The notes: a model not told the origin generated them from the letters alone. 44,369 bases of DNA from an uncultured Candidatus Saccharibacteria bacterium (GCA_964655375.1 CAZZNB010000023.1:1-44369), one strand, 5' to 3'. Shown: positions 10,834 through 20,713, numbered from the stretch's first letter. Numbers and translations: made by a program.

Positions 10834-11982
10834 TTATTCTTCTGACGATCCACTCTCTAAGGAATCGTCAGGTTGATCTAATGAATTTGCCTCTGCAATA
10901 CCTCCTTCTATTTCTTTTTCTGGTTCTTCTATTAATCTAACATCTATCCTCCATCCTGTAAGTTTTGCTGTTAATTTAATATTTTGCCCATTTTTCCCCA
11001 ATGCTACCGGAATTTGATCTTCTGTTACATAAACCTTAATTGTTCTTTTGGGTAAAACTTCTGCACTTACTGCTTTTGCCGGAGATAGCGCATTTAAGAC
11101 ATATTGAACGGGATCGTCTGAATATTGAATAATATCTATTTTTTCTCCATTTAATTCATTAGAAATGCTTAATACTCTGGCTCCCTTAGGACCTATGCAC
11201 GTTCCTACAGCATCTATTCCTTCAATATTTGACTTAACTGCCATTTTACTTCTTACACCAGGAATTCTTGCAATGCCTTTTATTTCAATTATTCCTTCAG
11301 CTATTTCTGGAATTTCAAATGTAAATAAAGCTGGAACAAATAAAGGATTAGATCTTGAGAGGTAAACTTCTACACCTCCTGGAGTTTTTTCTACTCCATA
11401 GACATAAAATCTCATTCTGTTTCCTATTTTATAAAATTCTCCAGGAATACTTTCTGATCTAAACATAATCCCTATAGCTTTTCCTAAATCAACATAAACT
11501 GCTTTACTATTTATCTTTTGAATTATCCCAGAGATTATTTTGTTTTCTTTTGCTTTAAGTTCCTGGTAGACAGAATTTTTTGTAATTTCTTTTAATTTTT
11601 GAGTAATAACTTGTTTAGCAGTTTGGGCTGCAATTCTGCTAAATGTATCTTTATATTCTAGGGGTATTTTAATTTCATCACCTGGTTTTGCATTTGGGTT
11701 TATTCTTAAAGCTTCAGAAAGGAGAATATGTCGATAAGGATTAAATTTTATATTTTGTTCTTCTACATCTTTATCATCTACAACAGTTTTCACTAAAAAA
11801 AATTCTATTTTTTTGTTAACAGGATCAATTCTGCCTTCCACTTTTTCTTCTTTATGTCTATAATCTTTTTTATAAGCAGCAGCTAAAGCATATAAGACAG
11901 CTTCTTGTACTTCTTCTTCATTTAAATCCTTTTCTTCTACTATCTGCTCTATTAAATTTTGAATTTGTTTTATATTTATCAT
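10834..11982 (-). CDS. nusA: Transcription termination/antitermination factor NusA
   Basis: RIAAQTAKQVI, S1 domain, ARIPGVRSK, CIGPKGARV, GEKIDII, GKNGQNIKL..KLTGWRID. Confidence 0.97.
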   Translation of the reverse strand: MINIKQIQNLIEQIVEEKDLNEEEVQEAVLYALAAAYKKDYRHKEEKVEGRIDPVNKKIEFFLVKTVVDDKDVEEQNIKFNPYRHILLSEALRINPNAKPGDEIKIPLEYKDTFSRIAAQTAKQVITQKLKEITKNSVYQELKAKENKIISGIIQKINSKAVYVDLGKAIGIMFRSESIPGEFYKIGNRMRFYVYGVEKTPGGVEVYLSRSNPLFVPALFTFEIPEIAEGIIEIKGIARIPGVRSKMAVKSNIEGIDAVGTCIGPKGARVLSISNELNGEKIDIIQYSDDPVQYVLNALSPAKAVSAEVLPKRTIKVYVTEDQIPVALGKNGQNIKLTAKLTGWRIDVRLIEEPEKEIEGGIAEANSLDQPDDSLESGSSEE

Positions 11983-12026
11983 GGCTGAAGTTATATAATT
12001 ATTTAATTTTAAAATATAATTATAAC

Positions 12027-13268
12027 ATGGAGAAAAGGGGGCAAATAGAAGATATTATAGTTTTTCTAGTCACTATTTTGCTTATCCTTTCTGCGCTTGT
12101 TTATTTTTTATATTTTAAAACAGGCGTAGTACCTGCATATAAACCACCTAAGGAGATTGAGCCAGCTCAAAAGGGTATTGTCCCAAAAGGTACTTTTTTT
12201 AAACATCCAGAAGAGAAACTGCCCTTTAAATTCTTCTTAAAAAAGACCTATGCACAGTCTAAAAAGCTTAAACCAAATAAAAAAATTGAAACTTATATCC
12301 ACCATGACTATTTTGATTTAAATAATATTGAAACTAACATAGTTAAATTTGTTTTTGAGGGCAAAAATTTTGAAAATCCTAAAGAGAGATTTTATTTTCT
12401 TTACATTCTTTATCCGCTAGAAAGAGATTGGAGGGCCTCTTATTCAAATACAAAATATTTTTATTTACCTAAAGGATACTATAGGTATTTTCTAATTGTT
12501 ACAGCTGTTAACAAAAACGGTGAGTATGATCCTTCTCCTGCTTATCTTTCTTTTAATACAAAAATTTCTCCATATTTTAAAGATATTTCTATTTCACCTA
12601 GGGGAGATAAATTTACTTTATATTTAAATAACAATACCAATAAAGAAATAAATATTACAAATTGGAGGATTGTGTCTTCTCAGGGAGTGTATTTAATTCC
12701 TAAAGGGGTTAATTATGTAGATCCTGATTATAAATATAAAGAAGAAGACATCATCCTGCCTCCATATGGAAAGGCGAAAATAATTGCTACTTCTTCTCCG
12801 TTAGGATTTAGCTTTAGAACCAATAAATGTTTTAAATATTTCTTAAATTTAAGGAGAGATGTTGAGAAATTTGTTGACTATATACCTTATTATTGTAAAT
12901 ATTTCTCGAGAGAAGAACTCTTTAACTTAAGAAAACAAGGATATTCTATAAATTGCTTAGATTTTCTAAAAAGAATTTCTTGTCTTCCAAGGTACAAAGA
13001 TTTAGAGAAAATAGTATATGATTCAAAATGTATGAAATTGATTGATGATCTTTTCACTTATAAAGGATGTTATTATAACAATTTAAACCAGCCTGATTTT
13101 CTTACTAAAAATTGGATTATTTTTATCCCTACTCCTACTACTACAATTTATGAGACTTCCACTTTGAGATTCAAAGAAATTTATAAAAATTTATACCAAA
13201 CAAGATATGAAGAGATCAGGCTTTATGATAACAAAAATTTGTTAGTAAATACATATATTTATTATTGA
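12027..13268 (+). CDS. Membrane-anchored exported protein with FN3-like and lamin-tail-like segments and Cys-rich C-terminus
   Basis: N-terminal TM helix; FLIVTAVNKNGEYDPSPA; LYLNNNTNKEINITNWRI (LTD-like); six C-terminal Cys. Confidence 0.65.
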   Translation: MEKRGQIEDIIVFLVTILLILSALVYFLYFKTGVVPAYKPPKEIEPAQKGIVPKGTFFKHPEEKLPFKFFLKKTYAQSKKLKPNKKIETYIHHDYFDLNNIETNIVKFVFEGKNFENPKERFYFLYILYPLERDWRASYSNTKYFYLPKGYYRYFLIVTAVNKNGEYDPSPAYLSFNTKISPYFKDISISPRGDKFTLYLNNNTNKEINITNWRIVSSQGVYLIPKGVNYVDPDYKYKEEDIILPPYGKAKIIATSSPLGFSFRTNKCFKYFLNLRRDVEKFVDYIPYYCKYFSREELFNLRKQGYSINCLDFLKRISCLPRYKDLEKIVYDSKCMKLIDDLFTYKGCYYNNLNQPDFLTKNWIIFIPTPTTTIYETSTLRFKEIYKNLYQTRYEEIRLYDNKNLLVNTYIYY

Positions 13269-13531
13269 TTAGCGAAAACTTTATTAAATTTTTGTGCCAA
13301 CTTTGATTTTATTCTACTTGCTGTATTTTTATGCATAAATGTTTTAGTTGCTTTATCTAAATATTTGTAAATCAAATTTAAGTATTTTTTTGCTCCCTCT
13401 TGGTCTTTATTTTTTAAAGCAAGCAAAAATTGTTTAACAGCTGTTTTAATTTGTTTTTTTCTTTTTAAATTTCTTAATCTTCTCCTTATATTCTTTCTTA
13501 ATTCTTTTTTTGCTGACTTTGTTTTAGGCAT
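13262..13531 (-). CDS. rpsT: 30S ribosomal protein S20
   Basis: MPKTKSAKKELRK...HKNTASRIKSKL. Start moved from 13561 to 13531 on family N-terminus and a TATAAT 6 nt upstream. Confidence 0.95.
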   Translation of the reverse strand: MPKTKSAKKELRKNIRRRLRNLKRKKQIKTAVKQFLLALKNKDQEGAKKYLNLIYKYLDKATKTFMHKNTASRIKSKLAQKFNKVFANQ

Positions 13532-13550
13532 TTTTAAATTATAAAAAATT

Positions 13551-14591
13551 TTATATATCAAGCAAAGGGTTTATATCTAATTTTTCTGGTATTACTGCAT
13601 TTTTTTGTAAAAAATAACCAGCAAAAGCAATATTGATCCCATTATCTGTAGATAAGGTCCTATCTGGAAAAATTATCTTATCTTTACCGAAAACCTTTAT
13701 TAGCATTTTTCTTAATGTCAAATTAGCAATTACCCCTCCTGTAACTATGATAGTTTTAGGTTTGTACCTATCATAAGCTTTTTTTGTTTTAATTATAAGT
13801 GTTTCAAAAACAGCTTTTTGATAAGAAGCAGCTAGGTCTTTTTTTGTTTCTTCATTAAATTTATTATATTTTTTTATCTCTTCAACAAGTTCCCAAAAGG
13901 CAGTTTTAATACCAGCAAAACTAAAATTAAAATTATTTTGCCAAACCATAGGCCTTGGAAGATTAAAAAGTGGTTTTCCTTTTTTTGCTAATTTTTCTAA
14001 TTTTGGACCTCCTGGATATTCTAAGCCTAAAATTCTCCCAGCTTTATCTAAACTTTCACCAATAGCATCGTCTTTTGTTTCTCCTAATTTTTTAAATTTA
14101 TGAAAATTAGCCATATAGATTAAAATTGTATGACCCCCTGAAATCAAAAGGCATAAAGCTGGAAATTTTATTTCTTTTATTTTTTGATAAATATTCATTT
14201 TATTTTTAGGGATTAGAACAGAATATATATGTGCTAATAAATGATTTACAGGTATTATTTTCTTATTTAATTTTTTAGATAAACTTATAACAAATTCTTT
14301 CCCAGAAATTAAAGCTGGAGGTAATCCGGGTCCATACGAAAATGCTATATAATCAAAATTTTTAGGATCTTCTTTTGTTTCCTTGAGAAGTTTTTCATAT
14401 AAAATAGGTAAGTTTTTTTTATGTTCTCTTTCTGCTAATATTGGTACAATACCACCATATCTTGAATGCACATTAAATTGAGTTCTTAATTGATGATTTA
14501 CAATTCTAAATTTCAATTCTTTTTCTTCAAAAAATTCTAAAAGAGCAATTCCTGTCTCATCACAAGTTGTTTCTATGCCTAAAATTTTCAT
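13551..14591 (-). CDS. tsaD: tRNA N6-adenosine threonylcarbamoyltransferase
   Basis: ILGIETTCDETG, GPG, NHLLAH, ISGGHT, DDAIGESLDK, YPGGP, FSFAG, TDNG. Confidence 0.97.
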   Translation of the reverse strand: MKILGIETTCDETGIALLEFFEEKELKFRIVNHQLRTQFNVHSRYGGIVPILAEREHKKNLPILYEKLLKETKEDPKNFDYIAFSYGPGLPPALISGKEFVISLSKKLNKKIIPVNHLLAHIYSVLIPKNKMNIYQKIKEIKFPALCLLISGGHTILIYMANFHKFKKLGETKDDAIGESLDKAGRILGLEYPGGPKLEKLAKKGKPLFNLPRPMVWQNNFNFSFAGIKTAFWELVEEIKKYNKFNEETKKDLAASYQKAVFETLIIKTKKAYDRYKPKTIIVTGGVIANLTLRKMLIKVFGKDKIIFPDRTLSTDNGINIAFAGYFLQKNAVIPEKLDINPLLDI

Positions 14592-14604
14592 AAAAAATAT
14601 TATA

Positions 14605-15582
14605 TCATTCTCTTACACCACCAGCACAGACATCTCCGCAAGCTGAAGAAGAGGTAGGCACCCATTGTGTACCATCCCACCAATAACAATAAGAAAATAT
14701 GCACCTACACCAATTACCAACAGCTCCAGGACATTCAAATGACCCTGGAGGTGGAGTAGATGGTGGTTTAACGTTTATAGTAACTTTTACAGGAGAACTA
14801 GGTCCTATTCTCTTGTTTAAAGAATTAACTAAATACAATTCATAAACTCCCTCCGAAATGCCATTTAAACCTAAGTTTTTAACAACGTAATCAACGCTCA
14901 AAAATGAAGAAGAAGCAACTCCAAAATGGACGAAGGACCCTGAAACAGGAGATGGTGTTGTTGTTGATATACCACTTGCCATATAATTTGGACAATAAAG
15001 TTTGTTGCTGTAAACTTTATAGTTAATAGTTGAAGTTGGTTCTGTTGTCGTTGAAGTAGGTTCTAAATAATATTGATCGTCTTTAGAAGCTATAGTTGAA
15101 GTTTGTGCATAAGATTGTTTAACAAGATAAAAAGAAGTAGATGCGGATCGGTTATTTTGATCTATTTGTATTGTCCATTTTTCGTAATCTTTTGTCGGGC
15201 TTTGAAATGTTCCCTCAATTATACAATCGTTCCCCGAAATTTTGCCCACAGAAGTACAATTTATAATAGTTCCCATTCCATAACCTAATGTATATAATTG
15301 AAAATTAAAAAAGCCAGTTCCTACTCCTTTTAATTTAATTTGATATTCGGAACCTTCAACAACTACAGATTTCAAAGGTAACTTATATTTATCCTCTTCT
15401 CGGTAAATATAGCTAGGTCCGGCATTTTCAACTTTAATTAAATTTCCTCCACCATAGAAGCCCTTGGGATAAACATATAACTCTATCCCAAAGTTTTGAG
15501 CTTGGCTTAATTTTTCTTTTATAAAAAATAAAATAAATAAAAGTAAAAAGCTTAAAACTATTGCTAAACCTGCTTTTTTCAT
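14605..15582 (-). CDS. Exported surface protein with Thr/Ser/Pro linker and Cys-rich C-terminal tail
   Basis: Signal-peptide-like MKKAGLAIVLSFLLLFILFF. Start at 15582 preferred over 15603 (TATAAT 9 nt upstream). PTSTTTEPTST linker; C-terminal six-Cys module. Confidence 0.7.
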   Translation of the reverse strand: MKKAGLAIVLSFLLLFILFFIKEKLSQAQNFGIELYVYPKGFYGGGNLIKVENAGPSYIYREEDKYKLPLKSVVVEGSEYQIKLKGVGTGFFNFQLYTLGYGMGTIINCTSVGKISGNDCIIEGTFQSPTKDYEKWTIQIDQNNRSASTSFYLVKQSYAQTSTIASKDDQYYLEPTSTTTEPTSTINYKVYSNKLYCPNYMASGISTTTPSPVSGSFVHFGVASSSFLSVDYVVKNLGLNGISEGVYELYLVNSLNKRIGPSSPVKVTINVKPPSTPPPGSFECPGAVGNWCRCIFSYCYWWDGTQWVPTSSSACGDVCAGGVRE

Positions 15583-15614
15583 ATCATCTATATTATAAAT
15601 CAAAATTAAAAAAC

Positions 15615-15634
15615 AAACAATAAAATGTGGATAA
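15615..15634 (+). promoter_or_regulatory. DnaA-box-like site (TGTGGATAA at 15626-15634) within shared motif AAACAATAAAA-TGTGGATAA
   Basis: Exact reverse complement of consensus TTATCCACA in a short divergent intergenic region, 1 nt before an extended -10 (TG-T-TAAAAT, 15636-15644). Confidence 0.55.
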
Positions 15635-16849
15635 ATGTTAAAATTAAATTATATGCTTAACTTCTTAGCAAAATTAATTTATTTAAAATTTAAACCCAAG
15701 ATTATAGTTGTTTCAGGAACTTCAGGAAAGACTACTACTATAGAAATTATAAAAAGATTTTTAAGTAATAGAAAGAAAATTTTTGCTGTAGAATATCATA
15801 AAGATCATAAATTAGCAATTGCATTAACTTTTCTATTAGAAAAAGAATACAACTTATTAAGAAATATTATTAAGGGGATAAAAATTTTATTCTTTCAAAA
15901 GAATTACCCTGAATATATACTACTTGAATTTGGCTTTGAAAATCCCAAAATCGTAGATTATTGGATTAAAAATTTAATGATTGATTATCTAATAATTACT
16001 TCTATAGGAGAAATACCTGCTTATTCAGAAGTTTTTGTTGGGCCTGAAAATATTAAAAAGAGAAAGAAAAAATTAGTCGAAAGTGTAAAATCTACTGGGT
16101 TAATTATTTTAAACAATGATGATATAAGTTGTATTGAGTTAGTAGAAAAAGAAAATCGAAGCAATGTCATATATTTTGGCTTCTCTGAAGATTCAGATTT
16201 TAAATGCGTTAGTTATGAAATTATTTGCAATTTATATTCAACACCGTCTGTATGTGGAACTTCATTTGAAATTACTTCAAAGTTTGGTAAAAAAAGGATA
16301 TTTTTAAGAAATCTATTTGGGAAAGGAATTATTTATTCATGTTTGGCAAGCATAGCTTTGCTTTATCATTTAGGATTTGAATTAGAAGAAATAGGAAATT
16401 ATTTAGAAACCTTTTCTGGAGTTAAGCACAGATCAAATTTAATTAAATCTAAAAATGGCTATTATATATTAGATGAATCTTTACACCTTACTCCAACTTC
16501 TTTTTGGAATATACTTGATGTCTTTACAAAAATACCAGCAAAAAGAAAAATATTTCTAATCGGAGATTGTATAACTGCAGGAAAATATGGAATGGAATTT
16601 CACTTTGAAATAGGAGAGAAATTAAAAAATGTATGTGATTTTGTAATTACATTCGGAATAAGATCAAAATATACAAAAGATTCTTTAATAGCCTATGGTT
16701 ATGACGAGAATAAAACTAAGCATTTTTATCATACTCAGCATTATGATCTTTTGAATTTCTTAGAAGAATTTTTACAACCTGATGATCTTATTTTAATTAC
16801 TGGAGATAAAAGATTAAATCTACATAAAATTGTTGATCATTTATCTTAA
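15635..16849 (+). CDS. Divergent Mur ligase-family protein (MurF-like, lacking the N-terminal domain)
   Basis: P-loop SGTSGKTTT, LEFG, ILDES, RKIFLIGD, DDLILITG. Probable true start is the Met at 15653. Confidence 0.75.
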   Translation: MLKLNYMLNFLAKLIYLKFKPKIIVVSGTSGKTTTIEIIKRFLSNRKKIFAVEYHKDHKLAIALTFLLEKEYNLLRNIIKGIKILFFQKNYPEYILLEFGFENPKIVDYWIKNLMIDYLIITSIGEIPAYSEVFVGPENIKKRKKKLVESVKSTGLIILNNDDISCIELVEKENRSNVIYFGFSEDSDFKCVSYEIICNLYSTPSVCGTSFEITSKFGKKRIFLRNLFGKGIIYSCLASIALLYHLGFELEEIGNYLETFSGVKHRSNLIKSKNGYYILDESLHLTPTSFWNILDVFTKIPAKRKIFLIGDCITAGKYGMEFHFEIGEKLKNVCDFVITFGIRSKYTKDSLIAYGYDENKTKHFYHTQHYDLLNFLEEFLQPDDLILITGDKRLNLHKIVDHLS

Positions 16850-18004
16850 AAATCTTTTAAGTGCTTTAACAACATAATCTAAATCTCTTTTCTTTGTTTC
16901 TAAGCCAAATGAAAATCTTATACTTTTATATGATCTATCTGAATTAGGGAAAAGTTCTTCTATTATATAACTTGGGGTTAAAGCTCTTGCTTTACATGCC
17001 ATACCAGGAGATACCATTATCCCTTTTGAATCTAAATAGATTAGAATTTCTTGGGAAGTTTTTTTAGGGAAGTATAAATTTAAAATTTTTGGCGTAGAAA
17101 AATTTATATCTCCATTTATTTCGAAATTAACATTCTCTTCTTTTAATCTGCTAATAAAGTAATTTCTTAAATTCTCTAGATATTTTCTATTTTTTTCTTT
17201 ATTTTTTACTGCAATTTCTAATGCCCTTGAAAAACCAACAATCAAAGGTACATTTTCTGTCCCTGCTCTTAATTCAAATTCTTGTTCAGAACCTGAAATT
17301 AATCTTTCTAAAATAATATTTTCTTTTTTAAATAAACAAGCAATGCCTTTTGGTCCATAAATTTTATGTGAAGACAAAGTCATCATGTCTACATTTAAAT
17401 TTTTTATAGAAATATCTTCGGTAAGCGGAGCTTGTGCTGCATCTGTATGAAAAGTTATTTTAATATCTCTATTTTTGTTTATTTCTTTTATCTTTTGGCC
17501 TAATTCTTTTATATTTTGCACTATTCCTATTTCACTATTTACATAATGCAAAGTAATTAAAACAGTATTTTCTTTTATTAAACTTAAAATCTTATCAACA
17601 TCAACTAATCCAGTTTTTTCTGGTTTTGCTAAAGAATATTCTATTAAATTTAATTTTTCCAAATCTTTCAAGACTTCTAAAATAGAAGGGTGTTCAATTG
17701 TGGAAGAAATTATATGTGGTTTTAGTTTTAATCTAAAAAAATAGTGGGAAACTAAACCTTTTATTGCTAAATTGTTACTTTCTGTAGCTGAAGAAGTAAA
17801 AATTATTTCACGAAAATAATCTGCTTCAATTAATTCCTTTATGTTATTTCTTGCAAAATCCAAAGCTTTTAATGCCTTTTGGCCTAAAAGATGCAAACTA
17901 GAAGGATTTCCGAATTCTTTTATAAAATATCTTTTCATAAAATTAAAAACTTCTTTTGAAACAGGTGTTGTTGCCGCATAATCAAGATAGATTACTTTTT
18001 TCAT
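16841..18004 (-). CDS. iscS: Cysteine desulfurase (IscS/NifS group I)
   Basis: YLDYAATTP, FTSSATESNN, EHPS, HTDAAQ, SSHKIYGPKG, RAGTEN, catalytic Cys in SPGMAC. Confidence 0.93.
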   Translation of the reverse strand: MKKVIYLDYAATTPVSKEVFNFMKRYFIKEFGNPSSLHLLGQKALKALDFARNNIKELIEADYFREIIFTSSATESNNLAIKGLVSHYFFRLKLKPHIISSTIEHPSILEVLKDLEKLNLIEYSLAKPEKTGLVDVDKILSLIKENTVLITLHYVNSEIGIVQNIKELGQKIKEINKNRDIKITFHTDAAQAPLTEDISIKNLNVDMMTLSSHKIYGPKGIACLFKKENIILERLISGSEQEFELRAGTENVPLIVGFSRALEIAVKNKEKNRKYLENLRNYFISRLKEENVNFEINGDINFSTPKILNLYFPKKTSQEILIYLDSKGIMVSPGMACKARALTPSYIIEELFPNSDRSYKSIRFSFGLETKKRDLDYVVKALKRFLR

Positions 18005-18006
18005 TT

Positions 18007-18240
18007 TTATGGAGATATTTTTTTAACTTCTAAGAAAGATAAAATTAAAACAGGAATTGAATAAGAAGCAAAAAGTAAAGCTAAACCTAATAAAATCCAA
18101 GGTAAATTTTTTTTCACTTCATCAATTTTTTTCGTATAAGTCATATAACCTAAATAAATAAAAACGATTGCTGATCCTAAAACTATAAAGATTTGCATTA
18201 TTCTAATTATTTTATGAAGGATGTTTACAATTTCAGTCAT
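18007..18240 (-). CDS. VirB2/TrbC-like pilin (small)
   Basis: Two hydrophobic helices separated by a short basic loop (FIYLG..KK...ILLGLALLFASY), the same pattern as its neighbours. Confidence 0.7.
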   Translation of the reverse strand: MTEIVNILHKIIRIMQIFIVLGSAIVFIYLGYMTYTKKIDEVKKNLPWILLGLALLFASYSIPVLILSFLEVKKISP

Positions 18241-18503
18241 TATTTAAATTTTGGAACAAAAATTTCTATTGTTTTGAAAATAATTTCTCTGTTAAGAATT
18301 ATTATACCTAAAAGTGCTAGACCGAGAATTATAAAAAGAAACGAGATTTTAACATCTTTAAGATTTTTTTTAGCAAAATAAATCTTAACACCTAAATAAA
18401 TTATAAAAAAAACTGCTATTAATAGCGAAAATTTTAATAAAGTTTCTAAAATTCTAGTTGCTATCTCAAGAATTTTCTCAAAGATAGGGAATAATTCAAA
18501 CAT
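18240..18503 (-). CDS. VirB2/TrbC-like pilin (small, divergent)
   Basis: IAVFFIIYLG..K...IILGLALL pattern; 1-nt overlaps with both neighbours. Confidence 0.65.
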   Translation of the reverse strand: MFELFPIFEKILEIATRILETLLKFSLLIAVFFIIYLGVKIYFAKKNLKDVKISFLFIILGLALLGIIILNREIIFKTIEIFVPKFK

Positions 18504-18778
18504 TATTTAAGGAAAGAGAAAATTAAAACAGGAATAGAGAAAGAAGCAATTATTAATGCAATTCCTAAAATAACATACAAAAGTTCGCTATGCCAGTCTT
18601 TACCTTTTGTATACATATATTTTGCTCCAGCATACATAATAAGAACAATTCCTAAGACTAAACTTATCCAATAAAAAGCATTTATTACTCCTATAAATTT
18701 ACAAATAAAATACTCTATACCTTCTTTATTTATACATCCTGTTTCTCCTCTAATTGTCTGAGCTAATACTTTTAACAT
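18503..18778 (-). CDS. VirB2/TrbC-like pilin
   Basis: GIVLIMYAG..Y...ILGIALIIASF, with an N-terminal Cys pair. Confidence 0.75.
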   Translation of the reverse strand: MLKVLAQTIRGETGCINKEGIEYFICKFIGVINAFYWISLVLGIVLIMYAGAKYMYTKGKDWHSELLYVILGIALIIASFSIPVLIFSFLK

Positions 18779-20712
18779 TAAAATCCAAATAAGTCTCTTA
18801 AAATATTTCCTGAGGGGCTATAGAATCTACCTGTTTCTATATCATAAGTAGTATTAAATGGCTGATCTGAAATATTATTGTCATTAACTTTTACTTCTTC
18901 GCAGGCTCCTGTATAATGATAAAGCTCTAAATTTATAAAACCTAAAAGATTATTAGGTAAAGGAAGAGGAATGGGGACATTATAAGGACCTTCTCTATTA
19001 GCTTCATATCTTATTGTAAAAGAAAAATCTCTATTAAATGTAGTATAGCTTATTGCTTTTGTTTTATCAAAAGATAATTGATTAATTCGAATCCCTCTTA
19101 GTCTTCCATAAATAGTACAAGAGCCTGAATTTTGAGGTGATTGGTTATCTACAGTTACATTATAAGTTACATACATTGAAAATGGCGGATCATATAAATT
19201 CCTTTGAATCACAGCAATTCCTAAAATGTTCTCCAAAATACTTTTTAAATCACTTAGATCTTCAATATTTACATAAATTGTTTGCTGCCCAGTAATTTCT
19301 CTAATAGTTAAATCAATTATAGGTTTTTTAATCGTAGGAGGAGTTGTTACGATTTCTCTAGTTCTAATATCTAATTGCCTAACAGAAACTTCACAATTTG
19401 ATGAGTTAAATACTACTCTTACTGTATCACCTAAATCAAAAAGGTCGGATGGTATGTTATAACTGAAAAATTGAGGTGCTGAAATTGAAACAGGACCTTG
19501 AGAGCTTATATTTATTCCTTTTGTTAAGTTATAAAAAGATACAGTTAAATCGCATGGTTTTTCTGCTGAAACAAAAACACTAAATTTTTTATTTTCATCT
19601 ATTTTTGCTGTAGATTGATCTATTATTATTTTAGGAGCAGGAGAAATTGCCACATATTGACCAATTTTTACTATGTAAGAAGGTGGGTTAATCGTACAAA
19701 TTAGATCTCCTGGGGAAAAAGTTAATTCTAATTCTGTAGCTGTAGCAGGAATATTCAAGTTTCTAAATACTTTTTCTATATTTGTTCCAGCAGAAAGTTG
19801 TAAATTATTAGCTATATTATAGTTGTTTCCTGTATCATCTTTCCCTGTTATTGTAATACTACAATAGTTACTACCCTCTTTAGGTTTTATATCAAAAGTT
19901 ATATATAAAGCATCTTCCTGCCTATCAATATAAATTCTTCTTATAGAAATTAAACCTTCTTGAGCTGTCCCAACTGTTTCTCCGACAGTCCCACCTGTTT
20001 GAACTTCTGTTGTTAAACCTCCTGCAAGCCAATTTTCTAAAGCAATTACTATTGTAAATGAAGTTATTCCTACAATTATTCCCAAAATGCCCCAAATAAA
20101 TCTTTGATGAATATTTTTAGCTTCTAATGGTTTAGTTATATAAAGAATACCTGCCCACATCAAAAATATTACTCCTAAAGCTAAAGCACCAAAATATAGT
20201 ATTCTTAAAATCCTATCAAAAAAGAACAAAAGGCATTGACCTACCCCTTTTTCGCAAGGAGATACTCTTGGAAAGGGTCCTCCATATCCAGAAGGAGAGA
20301 TATATATTTTTCTTAAAACCCCACCACTAATGTCTACATTAACCGTTTTCCAATGACAATACTCTATCATTCCTAATGCAGCTAAAGTATCACAGTCCGA
20401 TAAAAGCAAATCTGTAGCTGATTTTATTAAATTTTCCCAGTTTCCATAACTATTTTGAACAGCTTCATTAACATTTTGTCCTGTTTCACTTATAATTGTA
20501 TCTCCTGATACTTTAAATGTAGAAGTATTATAAAATTCATTTAATAATTGAGCCGCTCTTTCTCTTACTTCATTTCTAAAATTTAAATTGTCAATAATCC
20601 TTACTTCCTGAACTGTTTTTATTCCATATTGAAATGGATTAAAAAATTGCTGAGAGAATACAAAGGTTAGAGGAATAATTACAAGAATTAAAATTAAAAA
20701 TTTCTTATTCAT
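18778..20712 (-). CDS. Large pilin-domain protein with beta-rich C-terminal extracellular domains (candidate minor pilin/adhesin)
   Basis: Signal peptide (FVFS-QQ), central pilin unit LGVIFLMWAG...ILGIIVGITSF, then ~400 aa of Ig-like-looking sequence. Confidence 0.7.
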   Translation of the reverse strand: MNKKFLILILVIIPLTFVFSQQFFNPFQYGIKTVQEVRIIDNLNFRNEVRERAAQLLNEFYNTSTFKVSGDTIISETGQNVNEAVQNSYGNWENLIKSATDLLLSDCDTLAALGMIEYCHWKTVNVDISGGVLRKIYISPSGYGGPFPRVSPCEKGVGQCLLFFFDRILRILYFGALALGVIFLMWAGILYITKPLEAKNIHQRFIWGILGIIVGITSFTIVIALENWLAGGLTTEVQTGGTVGETVGTAQEGLISIRRIYIDRQEDALYITFDIKPKEGSNYCSITITGKDDTGNNYNIANNLQLSAGTNIEKVFRNLNIPATATELELTFSPGDLICTINPPSYIVKIGQYVAISPAPKIIIDQSTAKIDENKKFSVFVSAEKPCDLTVSFYNLTKGINISSQGPVSISAPQFFSYNIPSDLFDLGDTVRVVFNSSNCEVSVRQLDIRTREIVTTPPTIKKPIIDLTIREITGQQTIYVNIEDLSDLKSILENILGIAVIQRNLYDPPFSMYVTYNVTVDNQSPQNSGSCTIYGRLRGIRINQLSFDKTKAISYTTFNRDFSFTIRYEANREGPYNVPIPLPLPNNLLGFINLELYHYTGACEEVKVNDNNISDQPFNTTYDIETGRFYSPSGNILRDLFGF

Positions 20713-20713
20713 A

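Noticed and set aside
13532-13561. ORF-track N-terminal extension of S20 (MIYKIFYNLK)
   Set aside because: Overlaps the tsaD end, does not resemble S20, and contains the TATAAT that fits a start at 13531.
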